64,000 bases of DNA from NCBI GenBank assembly GCA_963715335.1, contig CAVQRZ010000002.1, positions 1 to 64,000 of the forward strand. The letters run 5' to 3'. Below, one piece after another: positions 42,339 through 52,354 of the stretch. Under the pieces are notes generated by a model, which had not been told where the DNA came from, made no database searches, and saw only the letters and a list, made by a program, of their open reading frames with translations. The translations under genes were made by a program, and so were the position numbers. Within the stretch, counting starts at the first letter, position 1. Each line of letters starts with the position of its first letter. The DNA comes from an uncultured delta proteobacterium (GTDB taxonomy: Bacteria > Desulfobacterota > Desulfuromonadia > Desulfuromonadales > BM103).

Positions 42339-44216
42339 ATGTCTCTGATCATCGATATGCTGCACGAAAGCAGCCTTAAATACTCACAAAGAACAGCCTT
42401 GCGTTGCAAAATAGCAGGGCGCTGGACTGACTACAGCTATGAAACGATCTGGAGCACTTCTGACCGCGTAGCGGCCGGACTTGCTGAATGGGGGATTGAG
42501 CATGGCGATAGAGTCGCTATCCTGGGGACATCCTCACCAGCCTGGGTGATGGCCTACCTTGGCATTCTCAAAAGCAACGCTATTGCTGTGCCTATTGACA
42601 AAGACCTCAAGCAGGGAGAAATCCGCCACATCCTGACCGACTGCGATGCACGCATCCTTTTCACCGAGCGGCCATTCACCGAGACGATTAGCGACATTGC
42701 GGACAACCTGCCGGCACTGGAAAAGGTCGTCCACCTGAATCATGCGCCAGCCATTGGCAACCAGCTTTCCTCCCGAGCAGAGCAGACCCTCGCCGAGCTG
42801 GTCAACGAGTGGCAGCGTTTAAGCGATAAATACCGGATCCACGAAGACGACATCCAGAATTTTGAGAGGCTGGCGGAAGAGTTCCAGGCCATGGTCACTC
42901 CACCGACCGCCATGAATAACCAGGAAAAGAAGAATTTCATCAAACGTTTACGCCTGGCTCGCAGCCAGACCCCGCCGCTTCAGAATATCGAATCGCTGGC
43001 TGATTTCCAGAAACCGTCGATGCCGCCCAGGTTGACAGTTCAACCGTACGATCCCGCTGTCATCCTTTATACCTCGGGGACAACGGGCCGCTCCAAGGGC
43101 GCCATGCTGAGTCACGCCAATATCACGAGCAACGTTCGCGCTGCCATAGAACTGTTTGACCTCAAACCTGACATGCATACCCTCTCCTTTCTGCCGATCA
43201 ACCATGTCTTCGAACAAGTCGCCGGGATCATCCTGCCGCTTGCAGTGGGCGGCAGGGTCTCTTTTGCCGAAAGCCTGCGTAAGCTGGGCGACAACCTCGG
43301 CGAAGTCAAGCCCAACTTCCTGCTCGGTGTTCCGGCCGTGTTCCGTCTGCTCGCAGATCGAATGGAAAAACGGATCGAGAGTCAGAAACTGTCACGATTG
43401 CTCTACTCATTTGCGCCGACGCGGCCACTGGTGACCAGGAAGATAAGAGAGGCCTTCGGCGGCAACCCGGTTTTCATCAGCGGTGGTGCGGCACTTGACC
43501 CGATCATCGCAGCGAAACTCATGGACCTTGGGCTGAACGTTTACCAGGGTTATGGCATTACCGAGACTTCTCCGGTTATCGCAGTGGAGACACCGAGGTT
43601 CAATCGTCTCGGCACGGTCGGCAGACCCATGCCTGGCATAGAAGTCACGATTCACAAGCCGAATGCGGAAGGCATCGGGGAAATCTGGGTGAAGGGCCCC
43701 AACATCATGCTCGGTTATTACAACAACCTGGAGGCGACCAATCAGGCGATTACCGACGGCTGGTACCATACCGGCGACTTGGGGTGTATCGAGGAAGATG
43801 GAGCCCTGAGAATCTGCGGCCGGGCCAAAAACCTGATCGTCACCGCAAACGGGAAAAATGTGTACCCCGAAGAAGTTGAAAATGAAATGTTAAACAGTCC
43901 TTTTATCGAGGAAATAATGGTTTATGGTCACAAGGTTGACAAGATTTCTGAAGAAGTTTACGCCATCATATATCCGAGCCAGGACGGCCTTGACGCCTAC
44001 GCTTTAGAGCATGACAGTGGCCCGTTAAGCCTCCCTGATGTTGAAGAAATCATCCGCAGGGAACTTCTCGAGAGAGGCAAAGCACTGGCGGACTACAAGC
44101 GGATCAAGCGATTTACGCTGCGGGAAGATGAATTCCCTAAAACGACGACCCGAAAGATCAAGCGATTCGTCGTTGAGGCTGACATCAATACTGGAGAACC
44201 GGGGACAGGCGGCTAG
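42339..44216 (+). CDS. Long-chain fatty acid-CoA ligase (AMP-binding)
   Basis: YTSGTTGRSKG, GYGITE, HTGDLG and NGKNVYPEE. Confidence 0.9.
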   Translation: MSLIIDMLHESSLKYSQRTALRCKIAGRWTDYSYETIWSTSDRVAAGLAEWGIEHGDRVAILGTSSPAWVMAYLGILKSNAIAVPIDKDLKQGEIRHILTDCDARILFTERPFTETISDIADNLPALEKVVHLNHAPAIGNQLSSRAEQTLAELVNEWQRLSDKYRIHEDDIQNFERLAEEFQAMVTPPTAMNNQEKKNFIKRLRLARSQTPPLQNIESLADFQKPSMPPRLTVQPYDPAVILYTSGTTGRSKGAMLSHANITSNVRAAIELFDLKPDMHTLSFLPINHVFEQVAGIILPLAVGGRVSFAESLRKLGDNLGEVKPNFLLGVPAVFRLLADRMEKRIESQKLSRLLYSFAPTRPLVTRKIREAFGGNPVFISGGAALDPIIAAKLMDLGLNVYQGYGITETSPVIAVETPRFNRLGTVGRPMPGIEVTIHKPNAEGIGEIWVKGPNIMLGYYNNLEATNQAITDGWYHTGDLGCIEEDGALRICGRAKNLIVTANGKNVYPEEVENEMLNSPFIEEIMVYGHKVDKISEEVYAIIYPSQDGLDAYALEHDSGPLSLPDVEEIIRRELLERGKALADYKRIKRFTLREDEFPKTTTRKIKRFVVEADINTGEPGTGG

Positions 44217-44249
44217 CGTTTGGAGGGTTGGTTGAGCTCGAGGGCCGTA

Positions 44250-44432
44250 TCAACTTTCTTCCACAAAATCTATTGCATCATGCGGACAGGCCGGGATACA
44301 CAGGCCGTCAAGATCGCATCTTGCATGGTCGACAACTGCCTTGCCATCTATGATATGTAATGCACCGTGCGGACAAGCCTTGAGACACTCCCCGGAGCCA
44401 CGGCATTTACTCCTGTTGATCAGAATCTTCAT
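44250..44432 (-). CDS. Small dicluster-type ferredoxin
   Basis: CRGSGECLKACP and CDLDGLCIPACP. Confidence 0.85.
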   Translation of the reverse strand: MKILINRSKCRGSGECLKACPHGALHIIDGKAVVDHARCDLDGLCIPACPHDAIDFVEES

Positions 44433-44479
44433 CACTGCTCCATGAAATGCGCAAGAGTCACTGCAAAGAGGTGAAGGTC

Positions 44480-45184
44480 TTACCTGGATGGCTGTTTATC
44501 GGAAAAACGCACGACGGCCTTGTGTATTGAGTCCGGCAGGCCGATGAATTTTACACCTAACCCATTCGGATAATGTGCTTTCATCGGATTCGGTTTGCGA
44601 TTCAGCCAGGTGACTTCTCCACTGCAAATGATTGAGGACACCGGTCCGTCCGGCAGCTTGAACTGCATATTAATCAATGTGCCGACAGGGACCTCGGCTG
44701 GAGTTTCGATGAACATGCCACCACCGGAAATATCCAGGCATTTCCCGGCAAAATCTTCACCACCAAAAGCGAAGGTCATGCGGAAAAAACTTGGCTGGCG
44801 GTGTTCTCGAATCCCATCAAGGAATTTCCTGCCTGCCTGCAGAAAAGAATGCCTGTCCAACGGTTTGACAAGATAGGCATCACAACCGCTCCTTTGAGCC
44901 ATCTCAGGCTGTTTCTCGGCATTCTGGTCGCAGACCATGACGATGGGGATGGAACTCATAGCGGGATCGTGTTTAATTTTGCGACAACAGTCGTCACCGC
45001 CTTCATCGGGCAACGTAAAGCTCATGTAGATCAAGTCAGGCCGCTTATTGCGAATCATGGCATGAACTTCCGTGCAGTTTCGCGCTTCGAGTATCTCGAC
45101 AGGAGCCTTTTGCAGAAATTTACTTTCGATTGCCCTGAAGAACATCGAGTCATCGGCCAGAAGAATGTGTAACTTTGCGCCCAT
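44480..45184 (-). CDS. Receiver-like domain plus PilZ domain protein
   Basis: ILLADD and YLVKP; C-terminal DISGGGMFI and GVKF. Confidence 0.88.
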   Translation of the reverse strand: MGAKLHILLADDSMFFRAIESKFLQKAPVEILEARNCTEVHAMIRNKRPDLIYMSFTLPDEGGDDCCRKIKHDPAMSSIPIVMVCDQNAEKQPEMAQRSGCDAYLVKPLDRHSFLQAGRKFLDGIREHRQPSFFRMTFAFGGEDFAGKCLDISGGGMFIETPAEVPVGTLINMQFKLPDGPVSSIICSGEVTWLNRKPNPMKAHYPNGLGVKFIGLPDSIHKAVVRFSDKQPSR

Positions 45185-45493
45185 ACCCTCCCCCTCCCCA
45201 TATACTTACCTGCCGCAGCAACAGCGTAAAGCTATTCCCGCCGGATCGAAAAGCCCACGAACAGTCCCACAGGCTAAACGATAATTCGCTGCTCTTTCTG
45301 CTCTCCAGGCAACAAGGCTGTTGACCACATCAGGTGTCTGAACTTCACACCTTTAGATGAGCAATAATCCGATCGGCTCACTTTTTTTCGTGTCGGGCGA
45401 CACTTTAAAAAGATACCACCACTTCCCAAGTCAATGCAACGCCCTGCACAAGTCCGTCATGGGCGTAAAACGCTGCCTGGGCAGCGTTGAGGC

Positions 45494-46330
45494 TTAGGCT
45501 TTGACAATCGTCCCGACGTTGGCGAAGAAAACCTTGTTGGGGAATTTTGCATACAACTGGGCGGAACGGATCTGTCCGGTGCAGTGCGAAACGCCCAGAC
45601 GATCAAAATCCAGCTTTGCAAGGTAGCCCACCGTTGCGGCAAACTGCTCATCACTGGCAGGGCCAAGATGCGTACCGCCGACAATCGCATGAATCCGGCG
45701 GTTATCAAGATTCTTCCGGAACCATTCAACAGTGTTCATCAGCCCGGCATGCGCGCAACCAAGCAGGATTACAAGGCCCTTGGCCGTTTCTACGGCGAGG
45801 GCCGCATCATCGGCAAAAGGGTCATTCATCCAAGCGTTGCCGGTCTCGGAACGCCTGACAAGATGGGGGTCGCCTGTTTCCAGTGCGACTTTTCGGGCTA
45901 TTTCACCGCTGAGATAAATTCCGGGGGCCAGCTCGGTGAAGTCTTTGACGAAGACGAATTCCGCGCCGGCGGCTTCAAGTTCGTCGCGGCTGAAAGGCAG
46001 GCTGATATTTCGTTGTTCATGTTGCCCGTTCCAGAATCTTTCGCTGAATATCTCAGGGTGGGCATAGACACGTCGAGGCCCGGTCGCGCGAAGCAGCGAC
46101 AGGAGTCCTCCGCAATGGTCATAATGCCCGTGGCTGAGGATGACCCCGTCAAGCTTTTGGTGATCAAGGCCGAGAGCTGACAGATTGGCCAGCAGGGTAT
46201 CTCCGCTGCCGGTATCAAACAGCCAGCGTCCGGCAGGCGTCTGCAGCAGGCAGGCGAAACCGTGCTCAGCGCATGCGGCGATTGGCCGACCAACCGTATT
46301 TTCGCAGACTATATCCAGCTGTAAAGACAT
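45494..46330 (-). CDS. MBL-fold metallohydrolase
   Basis: EHGFA, FDTG, SHGHYDHCGG, GCAHAG, GGTHL and HCTG. Confidence 0.9.
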   Translation of the reverse strand: MSLQLDIVCENTVGRPIAACAEHGFACLLQTPAGRWLFDTGSGDTLLANLSALGLDHQKLDGVILSHGHYDHCGGLLSLLRATGPRRVYAHPEIFSERFWNGQHEQRNISLPFSRDELEAAGAEFVFVKDFTELAPGIYLSGEIARKVALETGDPHLVRRSETGNAWMNDPFADDAALAVETAKGLVILLGCAHAGLMNTVEWFRKNLDNRRIHAIVGGTHLGPASDEQFAATVGYLAKLDFDRLGVSHCTGQIRSAQLYAKFPNKVFFANVGTIVKA

Positions 46331-46411
46331 ATTACGAACGGGCTTTCAAGCAATCAAGCATAGGTGTATAGTGTGCCGCACATCAACCAACCCCCGGAAG
46401 GATTCAAATCA

Positions 46412-46720
46412 ATGTCAGACAATAGAGCCATCGTACTTACCGGTAAGCAGAATCGCTACCTGCGCGGCCTGGGCCACAACCTGCAGCCCTTTGTGATGAT
46501 CGGCAAACACCATCTCAGCAAGGATGTCATCAAGGCAACCGATGAGGCCCTCGAAACACACGAACTGATCAAGGTCAGAATTCAGGAAGGCTGCCTTGAA
46601 GACCGCAAAACCGTAGCCTCGGAACTCGCTACAGAAACCGGTTCAGCCGTCGTTCAGGTCCTCGGTAAAACCTTTCTGCTCTATCGCCCCGGCAAAGAGC
46701 AGACCATCACCCTCCCCTGA
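46412..46720 (+). CDS. yhbY: Ribosome assembly RNA-binding protein YhbY
   Basis: LTGKQNRYLRGLGH, HELIKV and VQVLGKTFLLYR; start at ATG 46412. Confidence 0.95.
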   Translation: MSDNRAIVLTGKQNRYLRGLGHNLQPFVMIGKHHLSKDVIKATDEALETHELIKVRIQEGCLEDRKTVASELATETGSAVVQVLGKTFLLYRPGKEQTITLP

Positions 46721-46739
46721 CTCCGGGACGCAGCCCCTC

Positions 46740-47873
46740 TCAGACTCTCTCGTAAGGTTCGAAAAGCCGCTTGTATTCATCAAGGGCGTAGCGGTCCGTC
46801 ATCCCCGCGATATAGTCACAAATAACCCTTTCCCGGCCATATTCCTCGTACTTGTCCTGGTAACTGCCCGGCAACAGGGTTGGGTGCTGCAGGTAATTTT
46901 CAAAGAGTATGGTGAGGAAACGCTCTGCCTTGATGCGCATCCGTTCAACCTTGTAGTGGCTGTACAGGTTTTTATAGAGAAAAGCCTTTAACTCCCTGTT
47001 TCGCTCAGCCGTTGCCCTGCTGAACATCACAAGGTTGCCGTCATGGGTACGAACAGCCTCCAGGGTAGAGATCCCTCCGGCTGATAAGTTCATTCGGGTT
47101 TGTTCAACCAGGTCGAAAATCAGGTGGCCGATCAGATGACTGATCGTCTGCAGCACTTGACGTTCCTCGTCCAGCATCGGGTACTTTTGCTTGACCCGAA
47201 CATACGTTTCAGACCAGAGGTCTACTCCCATCAAGGCTTCCGGCTTGAGGTAACCCGCCTTCAGCCCGTCATCTATATCGTGGTTATTGTAGGCAATTTC
47301 ATCGGCCAGATCAATTATCTGTGCTTCCAGGGTCGCACGCAGGTCGGGGCGGTACTCCTCAAAGCCTGAGCCGTCCGGGATGTCATAATCTGAAGAGTGC
47401 TTGATAATCCCTTCCCTGGCTTCCCAGGTCAGGTTCAACCCGTTGAAGCCCGGGTAACGTTCTTCCAGGAGTTCGACAATCCGCAGAGATTGACGGTTAT
47501 GTTCAAAGCCGCCGTATGGCTGCATCAGCCGGTCAAGGAGGCTTTCGCCGGTATGGCCGAACGGGGTATGCCCCAGATCGTGGGCCAGGGCCAGCGCTTC
47601 GACAAGGTCCTCGTTCAGACTCAGCCTGCGGGCAATGCCACGACCGATCTGGGCGACTTCAAGGGAATGAGTCAAACGCGTGCGATAATAATCGCCTTCA
47701 TGATTGACGAAGACCTGGGTTTTGTACTCAAGGCGCCTGAATGCCGCACAATGGATGATCCGATCCCGATCCCGCTCGTATGCAGGCCGATCATCCTTGT
47801 AAAGTTCATCATATCTGCGACCGCGTGACGATTCGCTCTGGGCGGCATATCCGGCCAATTCCGCTCTTTTCAT
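46740..47873 (-). CDS. dgt: Deoxyguanosinetriphosphate triphosphohydrolase (HD domain)
   Basis: FRRLEYKTQV, RTRLTHSLEV, HDLGHTPFGH and DYIAGMTD. Confidence 0.95.
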   Translation of the reverse strand: MKRAELAGYAAQSESSRGRRYDELYKDDRPAYERDRDRIIHCAAFRRLEYKTQVFVNHEGDYYRTRLTHSLEVAQIGRGIARRLSLNEDLVEALALAHDLGHTPFGHTGESLLDRLMQPYGGFEHNRQSLRIVELLEERYPGFNGLNLTWEAREGIIKHSSDYDIPDGSGFEEYRPDLRATLEAQIIDLADEIAYNNHDIDDGLKAGYLKPEALMGVDLWSETYVRVKQKYPMLDEERQVLQTISHLIGHLIFDLVEQTRMNLSAGGISTLEAVRTHDGNLVMFSRATAERNRELKAFLYKNLYSHYKVERMRIKAERFLTILFENYLQHPTLLPGSYQDKYEEYGRERVICDYIAGMTDRYALDEYKRLFEPYERV

Positions 47874-47893
47874 TCAACCCTCCACTCGTTGCC

Positions 47894-47974
47894 ATTAAAG
47901 CCGTGCTGCATAGGATCTGTCAAGCCTGTAATGACGTTGCCAGGCTTGACCATAAAGATCGATTGTGCTAGTTT
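47894..47974. promoter_or_regulatory. Divergent promoters of dgt and rsmD within a 10-bp inverted repeat
   Basis: gtcaagcctg-N12-caggcttgac contains back-to-back TTGAC boxes; plus strand TTGACC-N17-TAGTTT, minus strand TTGACA-N18-TTTAAT. Confidence 0.4.
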
Positions 47975-48019
47975 TTTTCGTATGTTACGCGTTCCTAAAG
48001 GATTTTATCAGGTGGCTGG

Positions 48020-48583
48020 ATGAGGGTCATTGCCGGCACTTCACGCGGCAGGCGTCTGGTCACTTTCAAAGGCCATGATGTACGTCCGACTCCAGACCGT
48101 GTCAGGGAGGCGCTGTTCAGCATCCTGCAGAGCAGGCTCGGCGACTTTGCCAACATCAAGGTGCTGGACCTGTTTGCCGGTTCCGGAGCCCTGGCAATTG
48201 AAGCTCTCAGCCGCGGGGCCGCGACAGCCTGCCTGGTGGAAAACGCTCCGGCATCGGCAAACATCATTCGCGAGAACCTCGAGCGTTGCCAGTTGACCGA
48301 AAAAGCCAAGCTCACCAACAGGGACGTTTTCCTGGCCCTGCGTGACTTCCCTCGAGAATCGTTCGATCTGATCTTTCTTGACCCGCCATATGGCAGGAAC
48401 CTGGCAGAGCGGGCTATCCTGGAAATAAGCCGACATGGAGTGCTCTGCAATGCTGGAACTCTCTGTGCAGAAACCGGGGCGGATGAAATCCTGCCTGAGA
48501 CAATCGGCCGGCTGAAGATTTTTGACCGGCGCCGTTACGGTTCAGTTATGATACACTTCCTATGCAATGAGGGGCTGACATGA
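48020..48583 (+). CDS. rsmD: 16S rRNA m2G966 methyltransferase
   Basis: [25 protein letters not shown] and DPPY. Confidence 0.96.
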   Translation: MRVIAGTSRGRRLVTFKGHDVRPTPDRVREALFSILQSRLGDFANIKVLDLFAGSGALAIEALSRGAATACLVENAPASANIIRENLERCQLTEKAKLTNRDVFLALRDFPRESFDLIFLDPPYGRNLAERAILEISRHGVLCNAGTLCAETGADEILPETIGRLKIFDRRRYGSVMIHFLCNEGLT

Positions 48584-49065
48584 ATAAAAAAATTGCCGTT
48601 TATCCTGGCTCATTTGATCCGATCACCTACGGGCATCTGGATATTATCGAACGTGGTCTGGAAGTTTTCGATAAAATCGTTATTGCCGTCGCCCGGAATT
48701 CCGAAAAGAAGAGTCTTTTCTCCACCGAGGAGCGGATTCGGCACATAAAAGAGGCCGTTGGTGACAATCCGTGTGTTTCGGTTGACACGTTTGACGGTCT
48801 GCTGGTCGATTATGTCCTGTCCAAGGGCGCCAGGGTCATCCTGCGCGGCCTGCGCGCAGTCTCTGACTTCGAATACGAGTTCCAGATCGCACAGATGAAC
48901 CATAACCTTAAAAACGAGGTCGAGACACTCTTCATGATGACCTCGGTTCCTTACGGTTACCTCAGTTCATCGATCGTTAAGGAAGTTGCAAGCCTGAAGG
49001 GGCCTGTTGAAAGCCTTGTTCCGCCCGTGGTCAGACAAGCTCTGGCAGAGAAATTCGGGGTTTGA
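48580..49065 (+). CDS. coaD: Phosphopantetheine adenylyltransferase
   Basis: [24 protein letters not shown] and SSSIVKE. Confidence 0.97.
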   Translation: MNKKIAVYPGSFDPITYGHLDIIERGLEVFDKIVIAVARNSEKKSLFSTEERIRHIKEAVGDNPCVSVDTFDGLLVDYVLSKGARVILRGLRAVSDFEYEFQIAQMNHNLKNEVETLFMMTSVPYGYLSSSIVKEVASLKGPVESLVPPVVRQALAEKFGV

Positions 49066-49087
49066 AGAAATGATTGAAGGAGGAGCC

Positions 49088-49297
49088 ATGATCACACGTG
49101 AAATGACAATCGCCGACATCATTGCCAAGCACCCGGAAACGATTGAGGTCTTCCGTGCCTTCGGTCTTGACTGCATGGAATGCCAGATCGCCGACTACGA
49201 AGAGGTTGAGCATGGTGCCGGGGTCCACAATGTGGACATAGTGCTACTACTCGAAGCCCTGAATAAAGCGGCCAGAGGATCAGGCGCGGGCTCCTAA
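49088..49297 (+). CDS. DUF1858 domain protein (CxxC)
   Basis: MITREMTIADII...CMEC..ADYEEVEHGAGVH; strong AGGAGG RBS before ATG 49088. Confidence 0.85.
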   Translation: MITREMTIADIIAKHPETIEVFRAFGLDCMECQIADYEEVEHGAGVHNVDIVLLLEALNKAARGSGAGS

Positions 49298-49402
49298 AGA
49301 CCACGGGAGCCCTCCCGCGCTGTCATCAATCCACAGGAAGGCTGCCGGCAGGTGATCATGGATAACCGGAAAGGACGGTACAGCCTTTCTCCAGATTGTT
49401 GA

Positions 49403-49436
49403 CAACCCCCGCATCAGATGCGGGGGTTGCTTTTTT
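49403..49436 (+). terminator. Intrinsic terminator after rsmD-coaD-DUF1858
   Basis: caacccccgcatc / gatgcgggggttg stem followed by T6. Confidence 0.85.
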
Positions 49437-49520
49437 CCCCTGACAGATGTCTTTTTGTGAAACTTGGGGCAACAGGGGGTTAATCTGTTGCCCTCTTTCC
49501 TTTTCTTGAAATGCTTAAAA

Positions 49521-49921
49521 GCAAAACCGGCGGGTCGCGTCCCGCCCGACGCCATACTTTTGTCCGGCAACAAAAGTATGCAAAAGTGCCTTCTCCTTGC
49601 GGAGGGCATCTCCTCTGCCGGATGTCTGTGACTTCAAGAACCTTTACTGATGGGGATCCGGCCCTGTGTCAAAGGGCCTGACCTTGCCGTGTAATTTACC
49701 AGGGAAAAACCAAAACAACCTCTATAAACGCAAGTCTCTACAGCAGGAGAGGCTCTCAAGAGCCTCGGTTCCTGCGGGGGAAGTGTAGGCTCTTGGTCGA
49801 TCAGAACAACCTGAATTGAGGTCGCCGCCTTGACGAGCCAGACATGCCCAGCGCAGCGCAGGCCCTTTTCTGCTAGCAAAAGAGTAAGGCGCAGTCGGGG
49901 GGCGCACCCCCCGGGTTTTGC
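49521..49921. mobile_element. Non-coding MITE/REP-like element with imperfect terminal inverted repeats
   Basis: Left end gcaaaaccggcgggtcgcgtcccgcccgacgccatacttttg resembles the reverse complement of the right end (gcaaaacccggggggtgcgccccccgactgcgccttactcttttg). Internal hairpin catacttttgt / acaaaagtatg. Sits between two convergent terminators. Confidence 0.5.
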
Positions 49922-49943
49922 CTTTGTCTTTGAATGCCAAAGA

Positions 49944-49982
49944 ACAACAGCAAAGGGCAACAGATGAACCATCTGTTGCCCT
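49944..49982 (-). terminator. Terminator after prc
   Basis: 13-bp stem agggcaacagatg / catctgttgccct, with a T-rich tail on the minus strand. Confidence 0.7.
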
Positions 49983-50062
49983 AAACCTCAATCTGGGGGC
50001 AAGCATTATAAGCTTGCTCCACTGTGTCGATAGTTCAACGCTGCGCTGCGGCAGCGAACCCG

Positions 50063-52210
50063 CTATTTCTTCTCTTTTCCGGCAATCTCGGTGTGTTGCG
50101 CAACCAGATCGACAAGGATCGCCATCGACTCCTTGACATAGGCGTCCGCAAGCACGGCCGTGACCAGTTTTTCTGCAGGGCTCTGCTTTTCTGCCTCCGG
50201 TTTATCCGCAGGGGTGTCATTACCCTCATCGGGCATATTGATGTCGCCGTGCTGACTGACCAGCCCCTGCAGATCGTCTTTCTCTTTGACAACGTCGCTG
50301 ATCAGGAGCGACTGATGCGTATCCTTGATGCGTTCCTCCATCGAATCGGCAACGCGTTGTATATCCGCAAAGTCTTTACTGGCGGCAACCCGGTCATGGC
50401 TTTTGCTGTTCAAAGCTTTGCGGTCAAAGGCCGGCCATTCCATGTGCTCGACCTCCTCTATCCGGTCCCATGGCAGACTGTAGTCCAGGTAACGCTCGCC
50501 ATATTCGTTGTATTGATTCCGGTCCGGCAGGATAATGTCCGGGACCACGCCTCGATACTGGGTGGAATCTCCACTGACCCGGTAGAACTTCTGGGTTGTA
50601 ACCTTCAAGGCCCCAAGCGGCATGTACTGGCGCATGTTGCGCAATGTCAGGCTGTCATCCAGATCCATGATGACCTGGACCGTGCCCTTGCCGTGCGTAT
50701 GCTCGCTACCGACAACCACAGCCCTGCCATAATCCTGGAGGGCCCCTGCCACGATCTCGGAGGCCGAAGCGCTGAAAAGGTTCACCAGGACGACCAGCGG
50801 GCCATGGTAGGCGACCTCCTTGCTGTAGTTGCGCAGCACTTTTGCAGCCCCATCCCCATTACGCACCTGCACGACGGGACCCTCACCGATGAACAGCCCG
50901 GTGATGCCTACGGCGTCGGTCAATGCCCCACCGCCGTTATTCCGGAGGTCAAGGATGAGGCCGGTCATTTCCTTCGTGTCGAAGGCCTCGATGGCAGCCC
51001 TGACGTCATCCGTTGAGTTACGGCTCTTCTCGCCATTCCTGGCCGACTCGAAATCCCGGTAGAAGCTCGGCACCTTGATGTACCCGTACTGCTTACCCGA
51101 ATCAGGATCGGTGAGCATGGTTGATTTGACGAAAGATTCTTCGATAACAACAACATCACGCACAATCGGTATGACAAGGTTCTTGATTCCGGGGCGACGT
51201 ATGGACAGCCTGACTTCCGTGCCCTTGTCACCGCGGATTAGTGCAACGGCATCACGCAATCGCATATCTGTCACATCAACCGGTTCGCTGTCGCCCTGGC
51301 CAACCGCGAGGATGATATCGTCAGCCTGCAGCTTCCCCTGTCTGTCGGCTGCACTGCCGGGGATGACCTTGACCACCTTGATGTATCCGTCCTCTTCACG
51401 CAAAGTCGCACCGATACCTTCCAGCGACCCGCGCATACTGATATCAAAATCCTCCTTCGATTGGGGAGGCATATAGGCTGTATGAGGATCAAAAGAACGG
51501 GCAAAGGCATTCAGATAGCGGTCGTAATGGTCCTTAAGGGGCTCCTTTTTAAGGCGTTCAAAATACTGGTGATACTGTTTGCGGACTTTTTCCCGGGCTT
51601 CGAGCTCTTTTTCACGCTGTTGCTCGGGAGAAGCCTTGAGAGGGTCTTTGACTTCGGCGTCTTCGAGCAGGTTGAGATAGCGCGTCAAAGTGCGGTATTT
51701 GAGATCCGTGCGCCAGCGTTCGGCGAGTTCCTCTACCGTTATGCAGAATTCAAGCTTCTCGGGATCAGCCTCGTACACCTCGGCGATCGTGAAGTCAAAC
51801 GGTTCAGCCAAAGCCTTTTCAGCCAGGTTCTCAGCTCTTGCTACACTGTTGCCAAGCAGACGGAAAGCCAGCGGCGCAAGGATCATGCGGCCGCTCTGGA
51901 TTTCATCGTCGATCTTGTCGGCAAAGATTTCCAGTTGTTCGACTTCATCAGCCAGGAGCAGTCGTTTCTGGTAATCCAACTGTTTGATGTACAAATCGAA
52001 CGCTGCCCGTGAAAGGTTGTCGTCAACGGCCTTGCCGCTGAAATGGTTTTCAACCTGGCGACGTAAAACATAGGTAAGGAGACGGGCCCGATTCTGGTCC
52101 AGCTCATCGGGAGTTGTTGCATTCATCGGTGCCGGGATGATGAACAAACCGGCAAGGAGCAACGTTACGCTGACCAGGATAGCGCGAAACCATCTTTTTC
52201 TTCTTGTCAT
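50063..52210 (-). CDS. prc: Tail-specific / carboxy-terminal processing protease (S41A)
   Basis: DPHT, EGIGA (PDZ), DLRNNGGG, SASASEI and HGKGTVQ; N-terminal signal peptide. Confidence 0.93.
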   Translation of the reverse strand: MTRRKRWFRAILVSVTLLLAGLFIIPAPMNATTPDELDQNRARLLTYVLRRQVENHFSGKAVDDNLSRAAFDLYIKQLDYQKRLLLADEVEQLEIFADKIDDEIQSGRMILAPLAFRLLGNSVARAENLAEKALAEPFDFTIAEVYEADPEKLEFCITVEELAERWRTDLKYRTLTRYLNLLEDAEVKDPLKASPEQQREKELEAREKVRKQYHQYFERLKKEPLKDHYDRYLNAFARSFDPHTAYMPPQSKEDFDISMRGSLEGIGATLREEDGYIKVVKVIPGSAADRQGKLQADDIILAVGQGDSEPVDVTDMRLRDAVALIRGDKGTEVRLSIRRPGIKNLVIPIVRDVVVIEESFVKSTMLTDPDSGKQYGYIKVPSFYRDFESARNGEKSRNSTDDVRAAIEAFDTKEMTGLILDLRNNGGGALTDAVGITGLFIGEGPVVQVRNGDGAAKVLRNYSKEVAYHGPLVVLVNLFSASASEIVAGALQDYGRAVVVGSEHTHGKGTVQVIMDLDDSLTLRNMRQYMPLGALKVTTQKFYRVSGDSTQYRGVVPDIILPDRNQYNEYGERYLDYSLPWDRIEEVEHMEWPAFDRKALNSKSHDRVAASKDFADIQRVADSMEERIKDTHQSLLISDVVKEKDDLQGLVSQHGDINMPDEGNDTPADKPEAEKQSPAEKLVTAVLADAYVKESMAILVDLVAQHTEIAGKEKK

Positions 52211-52354
52211 ATCAGGACATCCTAACTTCAGAGTAGATTATATGTTTTAATTCATATCATCACATAATAACCCAGCCTTATCTCTTCTGGCAATGATCTT
52301 GACAATCGCTCACAGTCAAGCTATCAAAAGAGTTAGGTCGAACAGGATGGGAAG

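Noticed and set aside
45190..45450. Second GEMM riboswitch upstream of the REC-PilZ gene
   Set aside because: Only a cagcc..gttgcc-like fragment is present; the GGCAAA and GACGCAAA elements are absent.
49298..49402. Possible sRNA or 14-aa peptide (MDNRKGRYSLSPDC) before the terminator
   Set aside because: Some pairing exists (aaggctg/cagcctt), but it matches no RNA family I recognise and the RBS spacing is poor.
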